From Candidatus Nanopelagicales bacterium (GTDB lineage: Bacteria; Actinomycetota; Actinomycetes; S36-B12; UBA5976): a stretch of DNA of 64,000 nucleotides. Below, one piece after another: positions 51,626 to 61,359 of this stretch. The notes under the pieces are model-generated. The model had not been told where the DNA came from. It was given only the letters and a program-made list of their open reading frames with translations, and did no database searches. Made by a program: the position numbers and the translations under genes. Location: assembly GCA_018402365.1 (NCBI GenBank), contig JAGYJD010000007.1, positions 1,929 to 65,928 of the forward strand. Direction: 5' to 3'. Numbering within the stretch: the stretch's first letter is position 1; each line of letters opens with the position of its first letter.

Positions 51626-52542
51626 AAATTGCTGCTATCGACTGTGGAACCAATTCCATCAGACTTTTAATCATGGATTATCAGAAGGCAGATCAATCAC
51701 TGACTGAGATAATTCGTGAAATGAGAATTGTTAGGTTAGGGGAGGGGGTTGATCAAACTAAGAGTTTTAGCGAAGCAGCCTTAACTAGAACTAAGGCAGC
51801 GATTGAGGAGTATGCAAAACTTATCGAGCATTACTCAGTTGAAAAAATTAGATTTGTAGCTACTAGCGCGACGCGGGATGCCAACAATAGAGACATTTTT
51901 TTTGCGATAGTAAAAAAAGCTTTAGGCATTGAGGCTGAAGTAATTACGGGTGAAGAAGAAGCTGCCTTGTCATTTGCCGGGGCTACTCGATCACTGGCAA
52001 GTAAATTAGAGGGCCCTTTTTTGGTAATTGATTTAGGGGGCGGTTCTACTGAACTAGTGGTGGGTCAGCAAAACCCAACCACCGCTTATTCGATGAACGT
52101 GGGATGTGTGCGGATGACAGAGCGTCACGCTCCCGGCGGCAACCCAACAGATTCGCAAGAGCAAGCCATTAGAGCTGACGTGAGAGCAGCTTTAGCAGCG
52201 GCAAGAGAAAAGGTGGATTTATCAAATGTCAAAACCGTGATTGGAGTAGCTGGAACAGTTACCACAGTTGCCGCGCATGCCTTAAAGATAGATAAATATG
52301 ACCCTAACGTTTTGCACGGTGCTGCAATTAGCAGTCAGCAAGTATCTCAAACTGCGGCAGATTTTATTAAGCTTAGTTTTGAAGAAAGGGCCGCTTTGCC
52401 TTATATGCATCCTGGAAGAGTAGAAGTAATTACGGCGGGTGCGATTGTGTTAGATGAAATAATTAAAGAAATAAAAGCCAACAAGTTAATTGCTAGCGAG
52501 CGAGATATTCTTGATGGTGTTGCGTGGTCAATAGTCGCGTGA
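51622..52542 (+). CDS. ppx: Exopolyphosphatase Ppx/GppA family
   Basis: AAIDCGTNSIRL, ATSATRDA.N, IDLGGGSTE and SERDILDG motifs. Confidence 0.92.
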   Translation: MKIAAIDCGTNSIRLLIMDYQKADQSLTEIIREMRIVRLGEGVDQTKSFSEAALTRTKAAIEEYAKLIEHYSVEKIRFVATSATRDANNRDIFFAIVKKALGIEAEVITGEEEAALSFAGATRSLASKLEGPFLVIDLGGGSTELVVGQQNPTTAYSMNVGCVRMTERHAPGGNPTDSQEQAIRADVRAALAAAREKVDLSNVKTVIGVAGTVTTVAAHALKIDKYDPNVLHGAAISSQQVSQTAADFIKLSFEERAALPYMHPGRVEVITAGAIVLDEIIKEIKANKLIASERDILDGVAWSIVA

Positions 52543-53237
52543 GCAGTTTAAAAGTACTTAGCGAAGAGATATCAAATTGCCGAAAGTGTCCTCGCTTAAC
52601 CGCTTGGCGTGAAGAGGTAGCGGTTGTAAAAAGAAAGTCATATAACGACCAAAATTATTGGGGCCGACCCGTGCCTGGGTTTGGGGTGACAAAGCCAAAA
52701 TTATTAGTGGTAGGACTTGCCCCCGGCGCGCATGGGGCAAATCGAACTGGTCGAATTTTTACTGGTGATCGAAGTGGTGATTGGCTGTATCGAGCACTTC
52801 ACCGGGCAGGGTTTGCCAATCAACCAACTTCAATCGATGCTGAGGATGGACTGAAGTTAATAAATGCGCGAGTATTAACAGCAGTTCGATGCGTTCCGCC
52901 AGATAATAAGCCCTCGACAGAAGAAAGAGATAACTGCAATTCTTGGCTTACTCAAGAATGGGATTCAATTAAAAAAGATTTGAGCTGCATAGTTGCCTTA
53001 GGCAACTTCGCTTGGCAACAGACTTCAAAACTTTTATTAGCAGATGAGTACCAAGCAATAAGTAAAGTTCCTAAATTTAAGCATGAGGCGGTTGTGAAAT
53101 TTATAAAGAAGAAACAAGAAATTTTGGTCTTGGCAAGTTATCACCCCAGCCAACAAAATACCTTTACTAAACGCCTTACCGAGCCTATGTTTGATCGAGT
53201 CTTTACACTTGCCAAGAAGCAAATAGCCAACTCGTAG
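52539..53237 (+). CDS. Uracil-DNA glycosylase, family 5 (UdgB-like, Fe-S)
   Basis: CxxCPRL, GLAPGAHGANRTGR.FTGD, RC.PP.NKP and YHPSQQN motifs. Confidence 0.9.
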   Translation: MSSLKVLSEEISNCRKCPRLTAWREEVAVVKRKSYNDQNYWGRPVPGFGVTKPKLLVVGLAPGAHGANRTGRIFTGDRSGDWLYRALHRAGFANQPTSIDAEDGLKLINARVLTAVRCVPPDNKPSTEERDNCNSWLTQEWDSIKKDLSCIVALGNFAWQQTSKLLLADEYQAISKVPKFKHEAVVKFIKKKQEILVLASYHPSQQNTFTKRLTEPMFDRVFTLAKKQIANS

Positions 53238-53249
53238 ACTTATCGACGC

Positions 53250-53323
53250 GCCCTCGTAGCCCAACCGGCAGAGGCAGCGGACTTAAAATCCGTCCAGTGT
53301 GGGTTCGAATCCCACCGAGGGCA
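53250..53323 (+). tRNA. tRNA-Leu(TAA), short variable arm, CCA not encoded
   Basis: GCCCTCG/CGAGGGC acceptor stem, anticodon arm GCGGA-CTTAAAA-TCCGT, GGTTCGAATCC T-arm. Confidence 0.93.
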
Positions 53324-53327
53324 CAAG

Positions 53328-53900
53328 ATGAAGAAATTAATATTTTTGCCACTCATATTTGGTTTGGTCTTTATAGCAGGATGCGCAAGTGAAAGACAAT
53401 CGAAAGATTGGTCAGAGCTGAATCAAGCAACAAATTACCCAATGCCTAAGTGTCCTGAATCTGACCGCAGCGTCACTTCTACTGAAACAGATTTACCGGC
53501 AATGCCATTACCCTGCTTGGGTCATGATGAGTTTGTTAACTTGGCGGGTCTTCCCACTGGTAAACCATTAATTGTTAGTTTGTGGGCTTCCTGGTGTGTG
53601 ATTTGTGAGGATGATGCACCTGCATTTATAGCAGCTAAGAATAAATTTCAAAATTTAAATTTGATAGGAATCAATTATCAAGATAAAGAGTCTGCAGCGA
53701 TTGCTAGTGCTGCAAAATGGCGACTGCCATTTGCCTCAGTCGTTGATGCTGACACTTCACTTCAAAGTTTTTATCAAATTTCTGGATTACCCGTGACGCT
53801 TATTTACGATGAAAAAGGAAAACTTTTAGCAAGGATTAATGGACCGATTGGAACACCTGAAGAATTTTTAAATTATTTGGATTCAGTTCTAAATAACTAA
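53328..53900 (+). CDS. TlpA/ResA-like thiol-disulfide oxidoreductase lipoprotein
   Basis: Lipobox IAGC, WASWCVIC and cis-Pro loop GLPVT. Confidence 0.88.
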   Translation: MKKLIFLPLIFGLVFIAGCASERQSKDWSELNQATNYPMPKCPESDRSVTSTETDLPAMPLPCLGHDEFVNLAGLPTGKPLIVSLWASWCVICEDDAPAFIAAKNKFQNLNLIGINYQDKESAAIASAAKWRLPFASVVDADTSLQSFYQISGLPVTLIYDEKGKLLARINGPIGTPEEFLNYLDSVLNN

Positions 53901-53924
53901 GGCCACCAGCGAAGGTGGCCTTAG
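53897..53924. terminator. Hairpin terminator between the convergent tlpA and histone-like genes
   Basis: CTAAGGCCACC-AGCGAA-GGTGGCCTTAG, perfect 11-bp stem. Confidence 0.8.
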
Positions 53925-53941
53925 CGTTAATATATTTTTCT

Positions 53942-54301
53942 TTACCAGCTCAACGGATTGAATGGTGATGGTGTTGCTGGTGAAGGGACAACTGGAGCCG
54001 CAGGTGCAGCAGCTTTCTTTGCAGAAGCTTTTTTAGTTGTCTTCTTTTTCTTAGCAACCTTTTTCTTGGCTACCTTTTTCTTAGCAACTTTTTTAGTTGC
54101 CTTTTTCTTAACTGCTCTTTTGGCTACTTTTTTCTTAGCAACCTTTTTCTTGGCGGCCTTCTTCTTAGCTACCTTTTTCTTAGCAACTTTTTTAGTTGCC
54201 TTTTTCTTAACTGCTCTTTTGGCAACCTTCTTGGCTACCTTTTTCTTGGCAACCTTTTTCTTGGCCGGAGCCCTTTTGGCTGCTTTCTTTTTAACTGGCA
54301 C
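53942..54301 (-). CDS. Histone H1-like Lys/Ala-rich protein
   Basis: GGAGG Shine-Dalgarno just before GTG; about 50 Lys in 119 aa in KKKVA-type repeats; no acidic residues. Confidence 0.8.
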   Translation of the reverse strand: MPVKKKAAKRAPAKKKVAKKKVAKKVAKRAVKKKATKKVAKKKVAKKKAAKKKVAKKKVAKRAVKKKATKKVAKKKVAKKKVAKKKKTTKKASAKKAAAPAAPVVPSPATPSPFNPLSW

Positions 54302-54488
54302 TTATCCTCCATACGGGGGTGGAAATTTCTTTCTCTATTCTTGCATTAAATATATAATTTTACGTCAAGACCCCGAGATTTTTTTGGCTTGAGAGGGGTA
54401 GCGAGAAATTTAGGAGTTGAGTCCAAATTGTTAGAATGGGGTCTAACTGTTAATGTATTAAAGAGCTAACAACCAAGGAGTGAGCTAG

Positions 54489-55277
54489 GTGCAGACCAAA
54501 AATCCAGTGATGCGCAATTACGCAGATTTTCGTGAGCCAGATAGCGTTTTAGGACAGCCGCAACAAACCAGTACTACTGGTGCTGCTTTGCCAGGACAAA
54601 GAGTGGTCACACTTGACGATGTAGTGATGAAGTCGGCCATGATGTTGGGTCTTTTGTTAGTTGGCGCTTATTTTGGCTGGAGCCTTGCCCCAGCTAACCC
54701 AGGTATTGCCTTTGTCGCCATGGGAATTGGCTTTGTTCTTGGATTAGTCAACATATTTAAGAAGCAAGTTTCACCCGGTTTGGTACTGGCATATGCAGCA
54801 GCCCAGGGAGTTTTCTTGGGTGCGATCAGTTTTATTTTCCAAAATACCTTTGCGGCCCAAGGGACCAATTTAGTTGGCAACACTGTTATGGCAACCGTAG
54901 TGGCATTCGCAGTAATGCTAACTCTTTATAGAACTGGAATTATCAAAGTTAACGCCAGATTTATAAAAATAATGATGGTGGCTTTAGTTTCTTACTTAGT
55001 GATTGCCGTTATTAGCTTCTTTTCTTCCTTTGCTGGCGTTGGTGGTGGCTGGGGATTTTACGGAGTTGGCGGTTTCGGAATTCTTTTAGTGTTAGCAGGA
55101 GTGGGGTTAGCCTCATTTAGTTTGGCATTAGATTTTGAGGCAATTAATCAAGCAGTGGCAATGAATTTGCCTGAGCGAGAATCTTGGAAACTAGCTTTCG
55201 GATTAGTGCTAACTCTTGTCTGGCTATATATAGAGTTCTTGAGACTGTTTGCTATCTTGGCAGCAAACCGGGATTAG
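54489..55277 (+). CDS. Bax inhibitor-1/YccA family membrane protein
   Basis: TLDDVVMKS, LYRTG.IKV, L.LDF and AFGLVLTLVWLYIE.LRL motifs. Confidence 0.88.
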   Translation: MQTKNPVMRNYADFREPDSVLGQPQQTSTTGAALPGQRVVTLDDVVMKSAMMLGLLLVGAYFGWSLAPANPGIAFVAMGIGFVLGLVNIFKKQVSPGLVLAYAAAQGVFLGAISFIFQNTFAAQGTNLVGNTVMATVVAFAVMLTLYRTGIIKVNARFIKIMMVALVSYLVIAVISFFSSFAGVGGGWGFYGVGGFGILLVLAGVGLASFSLALDFEAINQAVAMNLPERESWKLAFGLVLTLVWLYIEFLRLFAILAANRD

Positions 55278-55280
55278 TAG

Positions 55281-55565
55281 TTGACTAAAAACTTCTCAGA
55301 GGGTGTTGCACTCTCTGAGAAGTTACGCTCGGTCCCTTTATCTAAATTAGAACGTAAAGCTACAAGTGGCGAAGTTGTTGGATTTGAAATATATCTCGAA
55401 ATTGTCAAAGTGTTTAAGTTGACAAATAGTGATCAGGTTGTTCATTATCTGGGTCCACAATCTTTGGGTGATCAATTGAAGGTTGCAATTGATGAACTAA
55501 AAATTAAAAAAATAGATGATGCACCATTAAGTGAATCAATAGCTCGTATTAATAAGTTGATTTAA
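55281..55565 (+). CDS. Small hypothetical protein (likely conserved in actinobacteria)
   Basis: Fills the gap; KLRSVPLSKL and LGDQLKV...EL resemble a hypothetical family recalled downstream of YccA-like genes. Confidence 0.55.
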   Translation: MTKNFSEGVALSEKLRSVPLSKLERKATSGEVVGFEIYLEIVKVFKLTNSDQVVHYLGPQSLGDQLKVAIDELKIKKIDDAPLSESIARINKLI

Positions 55566-56538
55566 TAGAAGTAATAATTCGCTGAAGTGATTCCAACCTA
55601 TTTTTGACGCTTTCGTCGGTTAAAGATTCTTTTACGATGGCACAATCAGGGTTTTCATGAGAGCAAGCTTTAGGGCAGCTAGTGGCAAGATTGTTTAAAT
55701 CCTGCATGGACGCTAAAGCTGTTTCAATTGGTAGGTGGGCTAAGCCAAAACTCCTTAGTCCGGGGGTATCAATAATCCAACTATTGGGAGCATAAGAAAG
55801 CGCATACGCACTTGTAGAGGTGTGCTTGCCTTTTCCAGTTAATTCACTAACTTCACCGGTGCTGCGATGCGCATTAGTAACCAACCTGTTAACCAAACTT
55901 GATTTTCCAACTCCAGAAGATCCAATCAAAACCGTTGTTTTATCCAGAAGAAGTTGCCCTAATTCATCTAACGGTGAATTTTTATTCAGGGTTAATATCT
56001 TAATTTCAAAACTTTTATATAAATCAATTAGCCAAGTGGGGTCCGCTAGATCAGTTTTGGTGATGATCAAAATCGGGGTTGCGTCAGCATCTAAGGCTGC
56101 CATCAGTGCTCGGTCAATGAATCTTAATTGTGGTTCTGGGTTTGCAATTGACACTACGATTCCAATTTGTGAGGCATTGGTTACTAAGATTTTTTCAGTT
56201 GATTCGGAGTCATCAGCACTTTTTCTGAGAACATTCTTGCGTTGATAGATTTCGACAATTCGAGCCAGATCAGTTGGTCGTTCTAAATTCACTCCGGTTA
56301 GTCCAACCCGATCACCGACCACCACACCTTTTCGTCCTAGCGCTCTCGCTTTTATGGCAAAGGTATTCTGGTAATCATGGGCTTCTAGCGCCACAGTAAA
56401 TCTTCCGCGATCTACGGTTATCACAATTCCAGAAATTAAATCTTGATAAGTTGGCGTGGTTTTTGTGCGTGGACGCGTTTTATTGCGCTGGGGTCTTGAT
56501 TTAATATTTTCTTCTGAAAAGTTTTTTCTTGAATTCAT
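55549..56538 (-). CDS. rsgA: Ribosome small subunit-dependent GTPase A
   Basis: TKTD, G.SGVGKSSLVN, GKGKHTST, DTPG and CP..C.H....C motifs. Confidence 0.94.
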   Translation of the reverse strand: MNSRKNFSEENIKSRPQRNKTRPRTKTTPTYQDLISGIVITVDRGRFTVALEAHDYQNTFAIKARALGRKGVVVGDRVGLTGVNLERPTDLARIVEIYQRKNVLRKSADDSESTEKILVTNASQIGIVVSIANPEPQLRFIDRALMAALDADATPILIITKTDLADPTWLIDLYKSFEIKILTLNKNSPLDELGQLLLDKTTVLIGSSGVGKSSLVNRLVTNAHRSTGEVSELTGKGKHTSTSAYALSYAPNSWIIDTPGLRSFGLAHLPIETALASMQDLNNLATSCPKACSHENPDCAIVKESLTDESVKNRLESLQRIITSIKSTY

Positions 56539-57827
56539 GAAGAGATTAAATTCACCCAAAGCTCTTCAAAATTTTTCATGGTTTTAGAAGTACAAGTAAT
56601 GTCATCAATCACTACACCTGACACCTTCAAACCAATTATTGCCCCTGCGGTAGCCATTCGGTGATCGGCAAAACTTTTCCAGGCCCCACCGTGTAATTGA
56701 CGAGGTGAAATTATTAAGCCCTCATTAGTAGTTTTAACATCAACTCCGACTTGGGATAAATCGTGCGCTAGCGCTGAAATTCGATCGGTTTCATGTCCTC
56801 TTAAATGAGCGATACCCGAAATCTCACTTTCGCCATCAGCCAGCGCCAGCAGTGCGGCAACTGTGGGTGTTAGTTCTCCAACTTCGCCTAAATCTATAGA
56901 AAGCGCAGAAATAGTGTTTGGGCCTTGCAAAGTTAATCCGTTTTCGTCAAACGAAATTTCTGCGCCCATTTTTTTTAAAATTGTTGGAAGCTGTCCGCCA
57001 GCTTGAGTAGTAGTTTCGGGCCAATCAGAAATAGTTACCTTGCCAGCTGTGACCATAGCGGCCGCTAAGAATGGTCCAGCATTCGAGAGGTCTGGTTCAA
57101 TTCGCCAGTGATTCCCTGGCACTAATTGTGGCTTGATGATCCAAGAATGATTTTTGGAATTACTCGACTGGTGCTGGCAGGAAATTCCTAGTTGATTAAG
57201 CATTTGCATAGTCATCTGGATATGAGGAAAACTTGGTAGCGCTTTCCCCTGATGATGAATAGTCAAACCATTATTAAATCTAGCGCCGGCCAACAGTAGA
57301 CCAGAAACAAATTGACTTGAGGAAGAAGCATCAATTGTGACTTCTGAACCCGAAACAGACCCACGACCATTTATAGAGAAAGGTAAAAAACCATTACTTT
57401 GATTTTCAACCTCAACACCTAATTGAGAAAGCGCAGCTAGCATTACGCTCATCGGTCTTACGCGAGCAGCTGAATCTCCGTCAAAATGCACTTTCGAATG
57501 AGTTAGTGCGGCTAAAGGTGGAACGAATCGCATTACGGTGCCAGCTAAACCAACATCTATCGCTACTTCTTCTTTATCGGTGAGTCCAGGTTCAATAAAG
57601 ATACGATCCTGCTCTGCTGAGACCTTGGATCCAAGTGCTGTAATTGCGCTAAGCATTAATTCGGTATCTCTAGCTAACAGTGGAAATTCAATGACCGATT
57701 CACTATTACCCAAAGCAGCTAAAACAAAGGCACGATTAGTTTGAGATTTAGAGCCGGGCATTCTGACGGTGCCATTGATAGGTGAGGAGGCAACGGGGGC
57801 ATTCCACGCGGTACTAGCAGTATTCAT
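56535..57827 (-). CDS. aroA: EPSP synthase
   Basis: PGSKSQTNR, GLAGTVMRF, SSQFVS, LRGHETDR and DHRMA motifs. Confidence 0.96.
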   Translation of the reverse strand: MNTASTAWNAPVASSPINGTVRMPGSKSQTNRAFVLAALGNSESVIEFPLLARDTELMLSAITALGSKVSAEQDRIFIEPGLTDKEEVAIDVGLAGTVMRFVPPLAALTHSKVHFDGDSAARVRPMSVMLAALSQLGVEVENQSNGFLPFSINGRGSVSGSEVTIDASSSSQFVSGLLLAGARFNNGLTIHHQGKALPSFPHIQMTMQMLNQLGISCQHQSSNSKNHSWIIKPQLVPGNHWRIEPDLSNAGPFLAAAMVTAGKVTISDWPETTTQAGGQLPTILKKMGAEISFDENGLTLQGPNTISALSIDLGEVGELTPTVAALLALADGESEISGIAHLRGHETDRISALAHDLSQVGVDVKTTNEGLIISPRQLHGGAWKSFADHRMATAGAIIGLKVSGVVIDDITCTSKTMKNFEELWVNLISS

Positions 57828-57868
57828 GTGATTCCAAGAGTAGCGTTCGCGTAGCATCGTGGATTACT

Positions 57869-58516
57869 ATGTGCGGTCGCTTTGTGGCAAATAATGAATT
57901 AGAAACAATAAAAGAGGTCTTCAACCCAAAGATCGCACCCAGTCTGGCCTTAGGTGAAAATTACAACGTGTCCCCCTCTCAAAACACTTTTGTGATCAAT
58001 AAGCAAGAAGCGGCAGTGATCGAGCTCAACACGAAGGTGTGGGGATTTACTGCCACTTGGGATACGAAGCGACGCCTTGCTAATGCTAGAAGCGAATCAA
58101 TTTTGCAAAAGGCATCTTTTAAAGATTCTTATTTATATAGAAGATGCTTGGTGCCTATAAATGGATATTACGAATGGTTCAGGGTTAACGAAAAACCTAC
58201 CCAGGCGTATTTCATTTATTCAAAAAAGATGAAACTTTTACCAGTAGCTGGCATTTACCTGGATGATGAAATGACAATTTTAACGACTAGTGCCAACGCC
58301 AGACTAAGTGCGATTCATGATCGAATGCCAGTATTGGTTCCACCTAGAAATTGGGAAAGTTGGTTAGATCAATCCATAACCGAACCGGGGCAAATCCAAA
58401 GTTTGATACCGAGCGCGCCACTTGATTTTCTAGATGCCTATCCAGTCAGTTCTTCAGTCAATAATTCACGAAGCAAAGGAAAGAATTTGATTGACCCAAT
58501 CGGACCTGAGATTTGA
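57869..58516 (+). CDS. SOS response-associated peptidase (SRAP/YedK, abasic-site protection)
   Basis: MCGRF N-terminus; NAR.E, GYYEW and HDRMP motifs. Confidence 0.93.
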   Translation: MCGRFVANNELETIKEVFNPKIAPSLALGENYNVSPSQNTFVINKQEAAVIELNTKVWGFTATWDTKRRLANARSESILQKASFKDSYLYRRCLVPINGYYEWFRVNEKPTQAYFIYSKKMKLLPVAGIYLDDEMTILTTSANARLSAIHDRMPVLVPPRNWESWLDQSITEPGQIQSLIPSAPLDFLDAYPVSSSVNNSRSKGKNLIDPIGPEI

Positions 58517-58535
58517 GAGAGTAAACTCAATATCA

Positions 58536-59114
58536 ATGAGTGAGCAAGCAAGTAAAGCACAAAGCCCTGAGTTAAAACTGCGGTTTGAAGAAGAAGCGCT
58601 TGTTTTTATTGACATGTTGTATCGCACCGCTCTGCGAATGACGCGAAGTGCTCCAGATGCACAAGATCTAGTTCAAGAAACTTACGCCAAAGCTTATGCA
58701 GCCTTTCATCGATTTGAAGAAGGAACTAATTTAAAAGCTTGGCTTTTTAGAATTTTGACAAATACCTTTATTACTAATTATCGAAAAAAGCAACGTGATC
58801 CTTACAAAGGTGGCAGCGATGAATTAGTCGATTGGAATTTAACTAGAGCATCCTCTAACGCGAGTGTTGGTTTAAAATCTGCTGAGATAGAAGCATTAGA
58901 TTTAATTACCGATAATAAAATTGTGGATGCCTTATTAGAATTACCAGAAGAATTTCGAATGGTTGTATACCTAGCAGACGTAGAAGGTTTTAGTTATAAA
59001 GAAATTAGCGAAATTATGCAAACTCCAATTGGTACCGTCATGTCTCGCTTACACAGGGCTCGCAAGACTTTGCGAGAACTGTTAGCAGACTATTTTGCAA
59101 AGGACGGTGAATAA
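58536..59114 (+). CDS. sigH: ECF sigma factor SigH/SigR type
   Basis: ALRMTR...[23 protein letters not shown] and GTVMSRLHR motifs; followed by a ZAS anti-sigma. Confidence 0.88.
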   Translation: MSEQASKAQSPELKLRFEEEALVFIDMLYRTALRMTRSAPDAQDLVQETYAKAYAAFHRFEEGTNLKAWLFRILTNTFITNYRKKQRDPYKGGSDELVDWNLTRASSNASVGLKSAEIEALDLITDNKIVDALLELPEEFRMVVYLADVEGFSYKEISEIMQTPIGTVMSRLHRARKTLRELLADYFAKDGE

Positions 59115-59378
59115 ATGACTCAAATTAATCCCGATTGCTGCCCAGAGTTGGCAGAAAAACTTTCAGCTTTTATTGATGAAGAATTGCCGCTTGAAGTAAA
59201 GCAAACAATAGAAGTACATTTAGTAAATTGCACAGATTGTGAAGAAACTTTAAAAGTTGAATTATTTATTAAACAGCGCTTGTCACAAACTAGTGTAGAA
59301 ATTTCAGCACCTCATGAGCTAGTTATTCGCTTAAGAGAAGAAATATCAACTTGGCAAATTGAGCAAGATCTCAGCTAA
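59115..59378 (+). CDS. rshA: Zinc-binding anti-sigma factor RshA/RsrA type
   Basis: C...FIDEEL...HLVNCTDC (HxxxCxxC) and APHEL..RL. Confidence 0.82.
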   Translation: MTQINPDCCPELAEKLSAFIDEELPLEVKQTIEVHLVNCTDCEETLKVELFIKQRLSQTSVEISAPHELVIRLREEISTWQIEQDLS

Positions 59379-60812
59379 TGTCTTCATTTTTAGCTGAGTA
59401 TCAAGAAGAAATTGAACTCTCGCCGGCGGCACTTGAATATTTAGCTGATTTTTTAGCTGATTGGGGATTGTTGAGCGATCTCGCACTAAGTGATTTGGTG
59501 CTATGGATTCCGACTTGGCATAAAAAAGGTTATTTTGCGGTGAGTCAGATTCGTCCCGCTACCGTGGCTTCTCAAGTACCAGAAGATTTGGTTGGTCAGT
59601 TTCTAGCGGTTGGCAGAAATGCACTTTTAGATAAAGCAGTTGCCAGTAAAAAGATAAACCTGCAAGAAAAAAATATGCAACTAAAAAATTTAGCTGTGAT
59701 TCCCATAGTTTTTGAAAATAAGGTTATTGGACTTTTAGAGCGCACCTGGTTGGCTGATGGGCGCGGGGGGCGAATGGAGGCGGTGTATTTAGCTGCAGCG
59801 GAGGCAGTTTTCAAAATGCTGGAGCAAGGCAAACAACCTTTTTTGACTTCGGCTGAAAAAATAACTGGAACCCCACGAGTAGGGGATGGAATTATTCAGT
59901 TGGATGAAGTGGGTCAAGTAATGTTTACAAGCCCTAATGCGCAATCTGCATTTAGAAGGCTAGGTTTTACAAAAGATTTGACTGGCGAAAATTTTTCACA
60001 AATTTGTCACAAATTAATTCAAAAATCTGGACTAGCAGATGAGTCTTTGCTGCTTATCACCAGCGGTAAAATGAATGGTGAAATTGAGATTGAAAATAAA
60101 TCTGCGACCGTAACCGTTAAAACTATTTCTTTGTTAGAAAACCAAAGTCATATTGGAGCATTGATTCTGGTTCATGATATAACGTTATTAAGAAAAAAAG
60201 ACAAAGCTCTGTTAGGCAAAGAGGCTACAATTCGCGAGGTCCATCATCGAGTAAAAAATAATTTGCAAACCGTTGGGGCTTTATTAAGAATTCAAGCTCG
60301 TAGAGCAAACAATGAAGAAGTTAAAAAATCTTTAAAAGAAGCAGATCGAAGAATAAGCACCATTGCGATTGTTCATGAAACTTTGTCTCATTCAGGGGAC
60401 GAAAAAGTTGATTTTGATGAAATAGTTCAAAAAATAATTTTGATGCTAAATGAATTAAATATGACTTTAGATAAAAATGAAAAAAATAGTATTTTAAAAT
60501 TTGGTAAAGTTGGTAACTTAAAGTCCGAAATTGCCACTCCGTTGGCAATGGCACTAGTAGAAGTTTTACAAAATGCTTTGGAGCATGGACGGCCAACTAA
60601 ACAAAATGTAGAACTACATTTGAATAGCGATAGTAAAGAATTAATCATCGAGGTAAAAGACTTTGGTCCAGGATTAGTGATTGAAGAGAAAAATAAAGAT
60701 AGTTTGGGGCTAGAAATAATTTCGACCTTGATAACAGAAGAACTAAATGGACAAATTCACTACCTTAAGAATCAGCCGCAAGGGCTAGTAATTGTGAAAA
60801 TATCCGTGTTCA
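59378..60812 (+). CDS. pdtaS: Cytosolic sensor histidine kinase PdtaS type (true stop uncertain; error-rich 3' end)
   Basis: WGLLSDLA.SDLVLW GAF N-terminus, PRVGDG and EVHHRVKNNLQ (HisKA_2). The ORF tail to 60988 reads into antisense whiB1. Confidence 0.85.
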
Positions 60813-60816
60813 TTGA

Positions 60817-61077
60817 TCAACTTAAAAAGTACAGCAGAATTTGCCACAGCTGGTTTCTTCCTGCCACGACGTTCATCTGCTTTCTAACCCGCCCCAGACG
60901 CCTGAATCTTGTCCGGCTCGATGGCCCATTGCAAGCACTCAGTTGTGACGGTGCAATGCGACATATGGCTTTGGCGGCGTCAATTTGATTTACGGCCGGT
61001 CCAGTGTTGCCAATCGGAAAAAACAATTCAGGGATCCCTTGTCACGGCAAGTAAGCGGCTTTATGACGCCAGTCCAT
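60817..61077 (-). CDS. whiB1: WhiB1 (WblE) Fe-S transcriptional regulator; frameshifted by probable errors
   Basis: MDWRHKAA start at 61077 with AAGGAGG RBS; DPELFFPIGNTGPA..QI..AK.IC; GVWGG-like remnant. Confidence 0.85.
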
Positions 61078-61240
61078 GCGATCCTCCTTTTTCTGGGTAT
61101 GAATTTGCTGAGGGAAACTCCAAAATATAGGGATTTTAGGCCATTTAAGAGCATCCTTTGGTGCATATTTTTGCTACTTACTAGGGTGACAGGTTGTTCA
61201 ATCTGTCACAATAGGAAAAGGCATACTTTTGGAAAACATG

Positions 61241-61256
61241 TGTCACATTGGTCACA
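61241..61256. promoter_or_regulatory. CRP-like site in the whiB1/nikM intergenic region
   Basis: TGTCA-N6-TCACA against the consensus TGTGA-N6-TCACA. Confidence 0.45.
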
Positions 61257-61266
61257 CTAATGCTTA

Positions 61267-61283
61267 TTGCATATCTTTTGCTA
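61267..61283. promoter_or_regulatory. Nur-box-like site upstream of nikM
   Basis: TTGCAT-N5-TTGCTA against the recalled Nur consensus tTGCaa-N5-ttGCAA. Confidence 0.5.
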
Positions 61284-61359
61284 TTGCAAAAGATACCGCT
61301 AAGGGATGTAAGTTCCAGTTATTGCTCGAAACCGAGGAGATTGATGATTTTAATTCGCC

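Noticed and set aside
54040-54270. Short tandem repeats as a possible CRISPR array or VNTR
   Set aside because: The repeats are codon-phased peptide repeats with no unique spacers and no cas genes nearby.
53958-54392. 144-aa Phe/Leu/Ala-rich plus-strand ORF that looks like a membrane protein
   Set aside because: It is the antisense reading of the Lys/Ala repeats; the minus-strand gene has the Shine-Dalgarno.
60813-60988. Apparent C-terminal extension of PdtaS
   Set aside because: Read-through after a probable indel into the antisense strand of whiB1.
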